Of a stretch of 64,000 bases of DNA, positions 10,000-20,107 are shown piece after piece. Source of the DNA: Phormidium sp. (GTDB lineage Bacteria > Cyanobacteriota > Cyanobacteriia > Cyanobacteriales > Aerosakkonemataceae). The DNA is taken from assembly GCA_051013385.1 (NCBI GenBank), contig CP143273.1:704001-768000 (forward strand), read 5' to 3'. Positions within the stretch are counted from its first letter, which is position 1. Each line of letters starts with the position of its first letter. The position numbers were made by a program, and so were the translations under genes. The notes under the pieces are model-generated. The model saw only the letters and a list, made by a program, of their open reading frames with translations, was not told the DNA's origin and searched no databases.

Positions 10000-11337
10000 A
10001 TGGGCCAACAGCCAACGATTGCAATTAATCATCTAGGATGTGAAAAAAACCGCATCGATACCGAACACATACTGGGACTGTTAGTACAAGCAGGATACCA
10101 GGTAGACAGCAACGAAGAATTAGCAGATTACGTGATTGTGAATACGTGCAGCTTTATCCAAGCAGCACGGGAAGAATCCGTGCGTACCATTGCTGAATTG
10201 GTGGAGACTGGCAAAAAGGTAGTAATCACCGGGTGCATGGCGCAACACTTCCAAAAGGAGCTACTGGAAGGTTTCCAAAAACAGGATAACCAAACTGGAG
10301 AAGCAGTAGCGGTCGTCGGTACGGGTGATTATCACAAGATTGTCAATGTAATTCAGCAAGTACAGCAAGGAGAAAAAGTTACCGAAATTTCCCCAGCGCC
10401 GACTTTTATCGCTGATGAAAATATTCCCCGCTATCGCACCACACCGGAAGCAGTAGCATATTTGCGGGTAGCCGAAGGGTGTGATTACCGTTGCGCGTTT
10501 TGTATTATCCCCCATTTAAGAGGGGATCAGCGATCGCGTACAATAGAGTCGATCGTCGCGGAAGCCAAGCGACTAGTTAGCGAAGGCGTAAAAGAAATTA
10601 TCCTGATTTCCCAAATTACCACTAACTACGGGTTAGACATTTACGGAAAACCAAAGCTAGCAGAACTATTGCGAGCCTTGGGAGAAGTAGAAGTACCTTG
10701 GATTCGTGTACATTACGCCTATCCCACCGGATTAACCCCAGAGGTAATTAAAGCGTTTCAGGAAACGCCAAACGTCCTACCGTACTTAGACCTTCCCTTA
10801 CAACATTCTCATCCAGAAGTGCTCCGAGCCATGAATCGTCCTTGGCAAGGGCAAGTAAATGATACAATCATTGATAGAATTAAAGAGGCGCTGCCACAGG
10901 CCATTTTACGGACAACATTTATCGTTGGGTTTCCTGGAGAAACGGAGGAACATTTCCAGCACCTAGTACAATTTGTACAGCGCCACGAGTTCGATCATGT
11001 AGGTGTATTCACCTTCTCGAAAGAAGAAGGAACCCCAGCGTATAGTTTGCCGAATCAATTACCCCAATCAGTGATGGATGAGCGTCGGGATATCCTGATG
11101 CGAGTTCAACAGCCTATTTCCCAGAAAAAGAATCGACAATCAATTGGGAAAATAGTAGATGTATTAATTGAGCAGGAAAATCCCGATACTGGGGAGTTAA
11201 TCGGTCGCTCAGCCAGATTTTCACCAGAAGTCGATGGACTAGTCTACGTCACGGGTAACGCCGCACTGGGTTCAATTGTCCCGGTGAAAATTACAGACGC
11301 AGATATATACGACCTCTATGGATACACAACTAGCTAA
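10000..11337 (+). CDS. rimO: Ribosomal protein S12 methylthiotransferase
   Basis: LGCEKNRID, radical [16 protein letters not shown] domain with PEVDG; alternative start at 9988. Confidence 0.95.
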   Translation: MGQQPTIAINHLGCEKNRIDTEHILGLLVQAGYQVDSNEELADYVIVNTCSFIQAAREESVRTIAELVETGKKVVITGCMAQHFQKELLEGFQKQDNQTGEAVAVVGTGDYHKIVNVIQQVQQGEKVTEISPAPTFIADENIPRYRTTPEAVAYLRVAEGCDYRCAFCIIPHLRGDQRSRTIESIVAEAKRLVSEGVKEIILISQITTNYGLDIYGKPKLAELLRALGEVEVPWIRVHYAYPTGLTPEVIKAFQETPNVLPYLDLPLQHSHPEVLRAMNRPWQGQVNDTIIDRIKEALPQAILRTTFIVGFPGETEEHFQHLVQFVQRHEFDHVGVFTFSKEEGTPAYSLPNQLPQSVMDERRDILMRVQQPISQKKNRQSIGKIVDVLIEQENPDTGELIGRSARFSPEVDGLVYVTGNAALGSIVPVKITDADIYDLYGYTTS

Positions 11338-11446
11338 TAACTATTAGCTAATGGCTAACAATCAGGACTAGTGGTAACTAGCCATTAGTTCTTAGCGAAA
11401 AAAACACCTATCAACTAAACAACTTATCAAACGTAAAAGCAAATTC

Positions 11447-12889
11447 ATGACTATAACTTTCAAAAACTTAGGTCTTTCAGAAGTTCGCGTTCAACAATTA
11501 GAAAAATTGGGTCTGACAACCCCTACTACAATTCAAACTCAAGCGATTCCCCATTTATTATCTGGGCGTGATGTGGTAGGACAATCTCAGACAGGGACTG
11601 GTAAAACAGCTGCTTTTTCTTTACCAATTCTAGAAAGAATTGACCTGAATCAAAAAGCAGTACAAGCGTTAATTTTGACTCCTACCCGTGAATTAGCATT
11701 ACAAGTCGGAAATGCAATTCGTGACTTTAGTGGTGCTACTAGCGAACTTCCCACCAAGGAAGCGCGGAATTTATGGGTATTGCCAGTATATGGTGGTCAA
11801 GCAATTGAACGCCAAATCCGTCGCTTGCAACAAGGCGTGCAAATTGTGGTGGGAACACCCGGACGGGTAATTGATTTGTTGGAACGCGGAGATTTGAAAC
11901 TCGACCAAGTTAGCTGGTTAGTATTGGATGAAGCTGACGAAATGTTGAGCATGGGCTTTATTGATGATGTGGAAAAAATCCTCAAGCAAGTACCAGCTGA
12001 ACGGCAAACAGCTTTCTTCTCTGCTACCATGCCTCCAGTGATTCGGGAGTTGATCACTAAGTTTTTGCGATCGCCAATCACTGTTACAGTAGAACAACCC
12101 AAAGCTGCACCGAAGCAAATCAACCAAGTAGCTTACATGGTGCCCCCAGGATGGACAAAAGCTAAGGCGCTTCTACCAATTTTGGAAATGGAAGACCCCG
12201 AATCTGCTTTAATCTTTGTTCGTACCCGCAAAGCTGCTGCTGAACTCACCAACCAACTACAAGCGGCTGGTCACAGTGTAGATGAATATCACGGCGACCT
12301 CAACCAACAAGCAAGGGAACGGTTGTTATACCGCTTCCGTCAGCGTCAAGTTCGTTGGGTAGTAGCGACAGATATTGCTGCACGCGGTTTAGATGTGGAT
12401 CATCTCAGTCATGTGATTAACTACGACTTACCCGATAGTGTGGAAAGCTACGTTCACCGCATTGGTCGGACAGGTCGTGCAGGTCGGGAAGGAACAGCGA
12501 TTTCCTTGATTCAATCTTTGGATCGGCGCAAACTGCGGTTAATTGAACGGCACGTCAGACAAAATCTGAAGATTACTTCCATTCCTACCCGTTCTCAAAT
12601 TGAATCACGTCACTTGGAAAAATTGCAAGACCGAGTGCGGGAAGCATTAGCTGGTGAACGGATGGCTTCTTTCTTGCCGATTGTGGCTAAACTGGGTGAA
12701 GAGTATGAGGTACATACGATCGCAGCAGCGGCGCTACAAATGGCTTACGATCAAACTCGTCCCGCTTGGATGAAGTCAGAAAATTACAGCGCGGAAGATG
12801 AAGCTGCAATTAATGGTAAACCCAAACCTCTCCTGAAGCGGAGCAAACCTTCTGCACCAGCAAAGGTAGAAATCGAAAGCAAGAAATAA
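11447..12889 (+). CDS. crhR: DEAD-box RNA helicase (CrhR type)
   Basis: Q motif, TGTGKT, PTRELA, DEAD, SAT, HRIGRTGR; lies downstream of rimO as in Synechocystis. Confidence 0.9.
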   Translation: MTITFKNLGLSEVRVQQLEKLGLTTPTTIQTQAIPHLLSGRDVVGQSQTGTGKTAAFSLPILERIDLNQKAVQALILTPTRELALQVGNAIRDFSGATSELPTKEARNLWVLPVYGGQAIERQIRRLQQGVQIVVGTPGRVIDLLERGDLKLDQVSWLVLDEADEMLSMGFIDDVEKILKQVPAERQTAFFSATMPPVIRELITKFLRSPITVTVEQPKAAPKQINQVAYMVPPGWTKAKALLPILEMEDPESALIFVRTRKAAAELTNQLQAAGHSVDEYHGDLNQQARERLLYRFRQRQVRWVVATDIAARGLDVDHLSHVINYDLPDSVESYVHRIGRTGRAGREGTAISLIQSLDRRKLRLIERHVRQNLKITSIPTRSQIESRHLEKLQDRVREALAGERMASFLPIVAKLGEEYEVHTIAAAALQMAYDQTRPAWMKSENYSAEDEAAINGKPKPLLKRSKPSAPAKVEIESKK

Positions 12890-12918
12890 CTTAGGTTGCT
12901 AGTCACATAGAAATGTAT

Positions 12919-12959
12919 GTTGTTGCGCTTTAGCGCTCTGAGCGCTAAAGCGCAACAAC
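12919..12959. repeat. GTTGT..ACAAC palindromic repeat family
   Basis: 20-bp arms GTTGTTGCGCTTTAGCGCTC / GAGCGCTAAAGCGCAACAAC; related copies at about 46762-46832, 50497-50615, 60745-60851, 62195-62305. Confidence 0.85.
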
Positions 12960-12990
12960 GTGCCTAAGTCCCCGGCCCAAATCTGGGGTT

Positions 12991-13018
12991 AAAAAAAGCC
13001 TGCAAAAGCAGGTTTTTT
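12991..13018 (+). terminator. Intrinsic terminator after crhR (possibly bidirectional)
   Basis: AAAAAAAGCCTGC-AAAA-GCAGGTTTTTT. Confidence 0.75.
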
Positions 13019-13364
13019 GTGTTATTAACTCAATAGATCTAAAATGTTACTTTTTGTGTGACTTGAAGAAGAAATTGGCCAGGGTGGCCAACTTTACGTT
13101 CCAAAACTAGTGTGACTTAAAGCAAAAGATGGCCGCAATCGGTTGAACGATTAATTGTAAATTTTTGTATGATTTATCCACCGTTTTCTTCCTGATGTAT
13201 AAAGAGAATAGTTAACTGAACCCGCAACGGCTACAAGTACAGATCTCCCGTAATATTTCGTGTATGACTCAAAAATAATTATCCAAACAGGAGTTGTTTT
13301 TGAGCGTTTCTAGTGAGAAGGCCAAGAGAATAAATATCTAAACTGGCATAGCTTACCTTGTATT

Positions 13365-14957
13365 CTATACCTCTATAGCATCAAAAGATTTGAGGGCTAA
13401 ATCAATAGCATGAGCAACCTCTGGAATTACTTCCATCTCCGGCTTAATATGAGCACGGCGGATCAATTGCCAACGAGCGGGACGAATATTCTCTTGCTGA
13501 TAGCGCTCGACAATCCACCAGAGGCGACGAATAGCAAATTGTTCGTATGTCTCAACTACATCAGCCAGAACTTGTGCAGTTAGCGGTAACTTATGAAGTT
13601 GCCTTTTGAGTAGAGAAGATTTATCAATATCTTTACCAATAGAATGTATAGTTACCCGTACAAGCTCTTCAGATTTATTCAGCAGACGTTTAGCACAGAG
13701 TAGGACTTCATCCTTGAGCTTAACATCACGGCTATTCCAATCTAGCTTTGGCTGGTCAGAATTTTTGCCGGACTGGAGTTGAGGCAGATTCTTCTTTAGC
13801 CAACTATAGTCATTGTAGTAAAGCCAGGTGTAAACACCGCTAAAATTCTTGCTTAATAGTGAGCGCCCAACATCAGGATTTTTTACCAGAATATCCAACC
13901 ATTTTTGGCGATAAGATTCCAAAGTTTCCCGTGCAATGCTTGGGGACTTTGCTGGCTGAGATGGTAATAATTTCTTAGCCTGAATTGATGGGAGACTAGA
14001 GCCAGAAGATGCGATTACTTCAGGAAGGCGGAAAAATCCTTCCACTGTAAGCCCCAGGAAATGTATTAACAAAAGGTGATGTAAAGGATGCTGCGAACGA
14101 ACATCATAATGAGTTAAGCGTAATAGCCAATTATTCCGATTGTCTGGCTCAAAACTGCATTGTATTTTCCTCAAAAACTCATCAGAGTAATAATTACCAA
14201 ATGCTGATAAAAATGGCTCTACTCTCACCGTAGCATTGTCATTTAACAACCCCCCTTTACCTAGCAAATAAAGATAGTAACTACGGAAAGATTCAAGGTT
14301 ATTAGTTTCAATTCGCTGATTAAGCAGCCAAACTACATCATGGGCAATCTCTGACAAAATTAGATGGCACGGATTTGACAAATTTAACGGACGCGGTGAT
14401 ATTAGTTGGATAACTTGTCCTGCCGAGATAAATTCCTGATTATTAGTTCGATTTCGGGTCAAAGCACTACTATTTTCCAGAAAAATAGCATGGATTGGAC
14501 AAACTTCTACACCGGGAACTTGGTGAAGACGATGCCAGTAATATTCCCCAAACTGTTCAATATCTTCCCGCGCACATAAAGGACAGAATTTCAATGAAGT
14601 TGGTAGACTGATGCGACTGGATACAATACCTATACGGTAATGAAATCCCAATTTTTTCCCATCTCCCATATTTTCACGAATAGCGGTAATTCGTTCTTTA
14701 GTGCAAAACGGGCTGTAGAAAGGAAGAAGCGTATGATTATTAATAAAGCCATCAACCGTATATAAGTGACCGGGTGGTAAACTGGCAATCAATCTACAAA
14801 GATGACTTGGTAAGTCAATGGTGGCAAATGCTTTTTTAGTTCCAAATAATTCCCCAACTAAAGATTCTCGGCTAGGATAGTGTACGCGCTCTTGAAATCG
14901 CGCCAAAACACTGTAAAGCAATTCATCTGGATATGGGTCAGGGAAAAAGCCAATCAT
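13365..14957 (-). CDS. tnsD: TnsD/TniQ-family target selector
   Basis: FFPDPYPDELLYS N-terminus, CPLC and CPIH Zn ligands, YWHRLHQ, HPLHHLL, C-terminal DWxxRD and ETYEQFAIRR motifs. Confidence 0.9.
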   Translation of the reverse strand: MIGFFPDPYPDELLYSVLARFQERVHYPSRESLVGELFGTKKAFATIDLPSHLCRLIASLPPGHLYTVDGFINNHTLLPFYSPFCTKERITAIRENMGDGKKLGFHYRIGIVSSRISLPTSLKFCPLCAREDIEQFGEYYWHRLHQVPGVEVCPIHAIFLENSSALTRNRTNNQEFISAGQVIQLISPRPLNLSNPCHLILSEIAHDVVWLLNQRIETNNLESFRSYYLYLLGKGGLLNDNATVRVEPFLSAFGNYYSDEFLRKIQCSFEPDNRNNWLLRLTHYDVRSQHPLHHLLLIHFLGLTVEGFFRLPEVIASSGSSLPSIQAKKLLPSQPAKSPSIARETLESYRQKWLDILVKNPDVGRSLLSKNFSGVYTWLYYNDYSWLKKNLPQLQSGKNSDQPKLDWNSRDVKLKDEVLLCAKRLLNKSEELVRVTIHSIGKDIDKSSLLKRQLHKLPLTAQVLADVVETYEQFAIRRLWWIVERYQQENIRPARWQLIRRAHIKPEMEVIPEVAHAIDLALKSFDAIEV

Positions 14958-14981
14958 TTTACGATTTCCTTTAAATTTTCC

Positions 14982-16553
14982 TCATGTTTCTGGTCGAATA
15001 TAGCCTTGCTTTTTAAGAGCTTCATACGCAGTTATTCCCTGCTGTTTACCCAAAGCCACAACCTTAATCAAAGAATCTTCCTTCTCAAGTGATTTTTGAG
15101 CTTTCGTTTGATGTTTAGGGGATTCATTTTGGGGAGGATGGCAAGAATCATAGGGAGAGTCCGCTACTTCTTCTTCAGTCAAATCAACCTGTTGATTCGA
15201 CTGATTGATATTCGGAGCTTCCTGAAAATCCACCAAATTTTTCTTCATCAAAGGTGAAGAACGAAGGCGACCAATAACCTCTGGACTCGGCTCTGGCTGT
15301 AGAAAAGATGTAATATCGATAGGGTGAACATCATCAAGACTGTAAAGAAGTTGCATATTACCAGTTCTTAAGGCTGATAAAATCGGATTAGCCAACCGTA
15401 GGCTATCTGCTGCTACTGACCGTATAATGTTCTCTGTTATCTGCTCAATTCCTGTAACAATTGTTCGAATCTGAGCAAGCATATAGACCTTAACTGCAAA
15501 GTCTGTAATCCCCTGAGTTACATCATATAAAGTATGGGTTAACCGTGCAGTAAGGGAACGTTTTTTCTGGACATATTGGTATTGCCAAAGAGACTCGATA
15601 AATAACTCCCAAATATTATCTTCTGCCATTCTGTCCCAAACTAAATCACCTTGTCCGCTACCTCGACGAGCCTGACGGAATTCTCCACTCAAAATCGGCA
15701 TAGCTTTGTAAGTTCCCACTAGCACAACAGGAACGCCAATAGTATTTACCAGTTGCACAAAAAAGTTGAGCATTTTGCTAGAGCCACCGCTCTTGGCTTG
15801 ACTCAAGTGTTGAATTTCGTCGATTACCAATACTCCAATGCAATGTAACGAAGCTACACGAGCTATTAATGGGATTAATTCGTCTACTGTCCGGCGGTTA
15901 CCAGTATAAATTCTGGAGTAATCAGTTCCGAAAATATCGTCAACAGCCTGAAAAAAGTTAAAGCACAGCCCCTTAATTGAACCATCAAATGGACAGTCAA
16001 GTTTCAGCCAAACAATTTGCATAAGCGTGAAAGCACGCTGGTTATATTTGCTGTGGATAATTACTTGAGGATATAAAGACAATATTGCCTCTATAGCAGT
16101 CGTTTTACCTATACCTGAAATGCCGATAATTGTAAAGCCACTAGCCGATGAACGCGATTGGGATTGAGTAACTTCGTTAGATTCAATAGTATCTATTTGG
16201 GATTGAAAATTCTTCCAAAAGTCTGCTTTCATCGGATTTCTGACCTGGTATCCGGCTCGAATTAGGCGCGAAAATCGCTGCTCCAAATCTAAATTAACTG
16301 GCAGTGGTTGAAAGAACTGTAGGGCATTTTGAGCTAAATGCAAACGTAAATGATTTGGTAGTTGACACTCTGACTCATGATAACTTGGATATCGTGTTAA
16401 AAGCGTCACCGCTTCTTCTTCCGAAAGAATAGAGGGTAAAGCCTCAATCAATGGATTATCACGATAGCTATAAACTAACTGTTCGTTATATTTAGCTGGG
16501 ACAATTTTCCCTTTGCCAACTAAAAGTGATGGTAGAAAATTACAATTAGTCAT
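14982..16553 (-). CDS. tnsC: TnsC AAA+ ATPase
   Basis: NPLIEALP, Walker A GISGIGKT, LDCPFDGS, Walker B LVIDEIQHL; likely start ATG 16553 overlaps the tnsB stop. Confidence 0.92.
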   Translation of the reverse strand: MTNCNFLPSLLVGKGKIVPAKYNEQLVYSYRDNPLIEALPSILSEEEAVTLLTRYPSYHESECQLPNHLRLHLAQNALQFFQPLPVNLDLEQRFSRLIRAGYQVRNPMKADFWKNFQSQIDTIESNEVTQSQSRSSASGFTIIGISGIGKTTAIEAILSLYPQVIIHSKYNQRAFTLMQIVWLKLDCPFDGSIKGLCFNFFQAVDDIFGTDYSRIYTGNRRTVDELIPLIARVASLHCIGVLVIDEIQHLSQAKSGGSSKMLNFFVQLVNTIGVPVVLVGTYKAMPILSGEFRQARRGSGQGDLVWDRMAEDNIWELFIESLWQYQYVQKKRSLTARLTHTLYDVTQGITDFAVKVYMLAQIRTIVTGIEQITENIIRSVAADSLRLANPILSALRTGNMQLLYSLDDVHPIDITSFLQPEPSPEVIGRLRSSPLMKKNLVDFQEAPNINQSNQQVDLTEEEVADSPYDSCHPPQNESPKHQTKAQKSLEKEDSLIKVVALGKQQGITAYEALKKQGYIRPET

Positions 16554-18729
16554 TTTTCCAATTCTCCTTGCGGAGTTGACGTAATTTTTCGATAGGTGAT
16601 GGTGGCCCGATGTATTCACACTCATCTGAGTCATTAGAAGTAGACAAATCGGGAATACTCTGTCCTAGCTGAGAAGGAATTTCCTCGACACCTAATTTCC
16701 AAGCTTGAGTTTGTCGTTCATATTCTCGTTCTAACTGACGATTTTTCCTGATACCTTGAAGACGAGAATGATTACTCCCAAAAGAACCAGCATTTTCTGT
16801 CTGTTGTTGTGCCTGTGAAACAATTTGTTCGACTTGAGCATGAAAATTAGCTTTGGTCTGGGTTTGTCGAGTTCTCGAAGCTTCTTTAGCTTGTTTTTGC
16901 TGTTCAAAGTAGTCAATTGTTTCATGCCAATCTCGATTTCTAAATGTTTTATCAGCCTCAATTAGTTGGCAAGGTTCCAGTTGCTTTTTGTCATTAAGAC
17001 GCAGGTAAATTGTGTCAAGAGAGCGCACATCATAGCCAATAGGAATTTTCCAATTTCCCTTTTCTCTAGCTTTAACGAACCACTGTTCGCGCCAAGCTAA
17101 GTCACAGGTATAAAGTAGACCAAAGCAGCGAATTCCACGATGGGTAACAGTAGCTTCTGCTGTAGGTAGAAGGTTTAAACGAATTATGGACGATGCCATA
17201 GTGCGAAGATGACCACTCCGGTAGCGGACTCCCCAGTTCCATAGTTCGATAGGGTATGGAGCAACTTGCTCGGCAATCATGAACTCATCCATCCGATACC
17301 AGTCTAGACGGTGATTTTTGTTATAGTCGAGAATGCACCAAATCATCAGCTGGCGAAATTGGTGAAGATCTAAAATTGCATCCAAACGATAGTCTTTATC
17401 TCCTCTTTCTCTGGCTCGATGAATCGCTCCTGGTATCCAGTGAATCATTCTCTGATCGAGAGTCCGAAAATTTCTCTCAATAATTCCTTTCCAGTCAGCA
17501 CGGTAAGGGGGTGTGTTAGATACTTTGATATTGAGGGCATTGACTAGGTTATCAGCGTTGTAGCCTTCCAGTTCCCCTCTATCTGCCAGAATAGCTTCGG
17601 GCAGGTGATGGCTTGGCCAATCAGCTTCATTAATCTCAATTCCGTAGGACTGGCAAAAAGCAATTTTATCTGTGGTGGTATTTTCGAGAGCTAACATGGC
17701 ACCCAGCCAAGAGGGTCCTTCTAAACTGACGCTAAATCCGGTTATCAGTCGGCTAAATGTGTCGATAATGACATAGATTATGGGCCGACCAATTATACGG
17801 GTTCTGTCTAGAGAACTGACTAAATAAATGTCTCCAATGGTGGCATCAATTTGGTAGAGTGAACCTGGCCCAAAAGCCATCCCAGTGGAATCTCCGAGTA
17901 CTGCTCGGTGGCTTAAGTTAAAGCGACGTTGACCGACACGGGCAACCTGTGATTGACTACAATCACGCTCTTTTTCATACCAATAGCGGAACTGAGCAAA
18001 TGTTGGCAGTTCAGAGGCAGGTGGTAATACGGGTACTAATACCCCGGATTCCATCTGATAACCTTGGTGAAAGAATTTTTCTAGTGTTAGTTGAAAAGCT
18101 TCTTTAAGATTTCTTTCTTGTTGGTTCTCATAAAATAATTTAATGCCACGACGAAATTTTTCGCGAATCTCTGCATCAACATTGACCCCAAGTGGCCTCT
18201 CAACGATTCGGGAAAGGGAGCTTGGACGACCACGTTTACAAGTACCGGAAAGCCGCTGTTTGCCTTTTCCACCACGTTTGTTAAATTGAGGTAGCAGGGC
18301 ATTTTTCGTTTGTCCCGCTTGCCAATAACGTCGTAAATAGCTGTAAATTGTTGCTTTTGTTCGTCCGGTGCGCTCTACTGTTGCTTTGATGAGAGTGCCA
18401 CGGTAGTCAGGATGAAATACTAGTTCACTTTCGACTAATGGAGCAATGACTTCCCAAGCTCGCTCTCTGAACTCTCGGTATTTCTGCGGAATTGTATTTT
18501 CTGGACGCAGCAATGTGGCGTATGGGTCAACGGTTAAAATGTTTGCATTTTGACTGGCAATTTCTGTTTCTAACTCAAGGCTTTTTTGCCAAATGGGTAG
18601 CGCTCTTGGCTGATTAATTTCAATTGTGACTACATCAGTACCGGATTGGTCAATCCAGAGGATGCGCTCGATACGAGATTCGAGGTATGGGTTTGACCAC
18701 TCTAGAAGCATATTTACCCATAAGTTCAT
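16546..18729 (-). CDS. tnsB: TnsB DDE transposase
   Basis: YQIDATIGD, LADRGE, GIIERNF catalytic triad; KRGRP; ATGA overlap with tnsA. Confidence 0.93.
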   Translation of the reverse strand: MNLWVNMLLEWSNPYLESRIERILWIDQSGTDVVTIEINQPRALPIWQKSLELETEIASQNANILTVDPYATLLRPENTIPQKYREFRERAWEVIAPLVESELVFHPDYRGTLIKATVERTGRTKATIYSYLRRYWQAGQTKNALLPQFNKRGGKGKQRLSGTCKRGRPSSLSRIVERPLGVNVDAEIREKFRRGIKLFYENQQERNLKEAFQLTLEKFFHQGYQMESGVLVPVLPPASELPTFAQFRYWYEKERDCSQSQVARVGQRRFNLSHRAVLGDSTGMAFGPGSLYQIDATIGDIYLVSSLDRTRIIGRPIIYVIIDTFSRLITGFSVSLEGPSWLGAMLALENTTTDKIAFCQSYGIEINEADWPSHHLPEAILADRGELEGYNADNLVNALNIKVSNTPPYRADWKGIIERNFRTLDQRMIHWIPGAIHRARERGDKDYRLDAILDLHQFRQLMIWCILDYNKNHRLDWYRMDEFMIAEQVAPYPIELWNWGVRYRSGHLRTMASSIIRLNLLPTAEATVTHRGIRCFGLLYTCDLAWREQWFVKAREKGNWKIPIGYDVRSLDTIYLRLNDKKQLEPCQLIEADKTFRNRDWHETIDYFEQQKQAKEASRTRQTQTKANFHAQVEQIVSQAQQQTENAGSFGSNHSRLQGIRKNRQLEREYERQTQAWKLGVEEIPSQLGQSIPDLSTSNDSDECEYIGPPSPIEKLRQLRKENWKND

Positions 18730-19571
18730 AGAGTACCTTCTGCTGTCTTTTGAAGTTCTAATGATGGGATGGCTAGCAGAATTAACGGCTGACTCGGTTG
18801 AATGGGCTGATTCATATCAACTAGCCACTGTCTGTTGGCGATGAGATGACGAGCAACTGAAAGACCAATTCCTGGTGGCAGTCCAAGTGCATCGTCACAG
18901 TCTGCCGCTATCTCAGCCAGTGGCTGGTTATTTGTTGTTGCTACCCGCAAAGTTAGAGCAGTCGCAATTCGACGAATTTGTTGGTCTGAAAGTGAGAGGT
19001 CTTCGGTTGAGAAGTAAGGATGTAGCCAACCAATATTTTTAGCAAGTATCATGGGAATTTCGTGTTCTGTGACGATTCCCCAGTCAATATCTTTAGCGAG
19101 CCAGTATTGGCGCTCAATCTCTAATTTTTCTATGGTGCGCTCTGATTGCAAATCGGCAGCAGTTTTGACCGTGCGAGCCTGTTCTTTTGTCCCCGTGCTA
19201 TGAGTGTGACTAATCAAAAAGTCTGTCGTCATCACAATCGGGTTCTGAGTTTTCGGGTCTCTAGGGTGACGGATTTGGCAGTGTTGAGCAATTGCTACTG
19301 TTTCCTCTATTGGTAGTAGCGGATACTGCTCTCTGATGTCTACCACTGAATTAGACCATTCCAGTAGATAAAAGTAGTTGAGTTCTAGCTGGCTGAGAAA
19401 GTGGTGGACTCTTTTGGTCTTGATGCCCTTGATTCGAGTCACGAGACCTCGTGAAGCCACATCTTGAACTAGTAGCCAAGGCAAGTAGTCCGAACCTTGC
19501 CCTTGTCCACGACCTTGTTTGATTCGTCGGTCGATGACTGCTTGGGTTGTCACTCGGTTGCGTTTAGCCAT
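18726..19571 (-). CDS. tnsA: TnsA endonuclease
   Basis: GRGQGQGSDYLPWL, HHFLSQLE, DIREQYPL, MTTDFL, KLEIERQYW. Confidence 0.93.
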   Translation of the reverse strand: MAKRNRVTTQAVIDRRIKQGRGQGQGSDYLPWLLVQDVASRGLVTRIKGIKTKRVHHFLSQLELNYFYLLEWSNSVVDIREQYPLLPIEETVAIAQHCQIRHPRDPKTQNPIVMTTDFLISHTHSTGTKEQARTVKTAADLQSERTIEKLEIERQYWLAKDIDWGIVTEHEIPMILAKNIGWLHPYFSTEDLSLSDQQIRRIATALTLRVATTNNQPLAEIAADCDDALGLPPGIGLSVARHLIANRQWLVDMNQPIQPSQPLILLAIPSLELQKTAEGTL

Positions 19572-19582
19572 GAGGCATTCAC

Positions 19583-19628
19583 TGTCAAGTTGACATTTCT
19601 AATTTACCATTTATTTGTCAATCTGACA
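19583..19628. promoter_or_regulatory. Two palindromic operator-like sites TGTCA-N3-TGACA upstream of tnsA
   Basis: TGTCAAGTTGACA 19583-19595 and TGTCAATCTGACA 19616-19628; a third copy TGTCAAAATGACA at 19978-19990. Confidence 0.65.
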
Positions 19629-19699
19629 GGCAAAACAGCGTATGATTGCGGGAGTAGTCTTCTGTTTCACTCATCAGTGGGCTAAAGACAAACTTTCTC

Positions 19700-19972
19700 T
19701 TGAGGATAGAATTAAGCTCTGTGGAACTCCAAGATTTTTTAGCCAAGTACCCGACAACAACTTGCAGCGATTTGGCGAGAATCTGTAACTGCTCTTTAGC
19801 TACGACACAGCACTGGTTTGTTGAGGGTGATAGTCGTAGGAAACCAAAAGCGGAACACAAATTACGTTTGTCCATTGCTGATTACGTTTGGTCTCTCGAT
19901 CTCTTGGAGCCAGAAGAGTTTGATGCACTTAGACAACTCAGGCGAGAGCAACTGTCTCGAAATTCACTCTAA
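19700..19972 (+). CDS. Small HTH protein divergent from tnsA
   Basis: TCSDLARICNCSLATTQHWF matches a Cro/Xre-like HTH pattern; start codon uncertain. Confidence 0.65.
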   Translation: MRIELSSVELQDFLAKYPTTTCSDLARICNCSLATTQHWFVEGDSRRKPKAEHKLRLSIADYVWSLDLLEPEEFDALRQLRREQLSRNSL

Positions 19973-20107
19973 TTTTTTGTCAAAATGACAAAAGTTCTTT
20001 CAACGTGAATGGCTCTCCCCGCTAGGTTAATCATTAAGTTAGTTTAATTAATTATTCTTCAGTTTAGTTAACTATTCTCTGGTTCAGTTAACTATTCTTT
20101 TCATACA

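Larger units (their letters stand above)
13196..20107 (-). mobile_element. Tn7-like transposon (tnsABCD, no cargo)
   Basis: Ends TGTATAAAGAGAATAGTTAACTGAACC (from 13196) and revcomp TGTATGAAAAGAATAGTTAACTGAACC (from 20107), 25/27 identical. Three contiguous 20-bp-period TnsB sites at 20041-20099 and three spaced sites at 13204, 13271, 13326. Confidence 0.92.

Noticed and set aside
13018..13059. TGTGT at 13018 or 13055 as a TSD partner for TGTGT at 20108
   Set aside because: Neither is followed by a TGT terminus plus TnsB site; the end at 13196 matches the right end at 25/27
19618..19875. Minus-strand 85-aa ORF upstream of tnsA
   Set aside because: Overlaps the better-supported HTH ORF on the opposite strand and has no recognisable motif
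13196..20107. CRISPR-associated transposon (CAST)
   Set aside because: No cas genes or array between the ends; the TnpB is 28 kb away in its own IS
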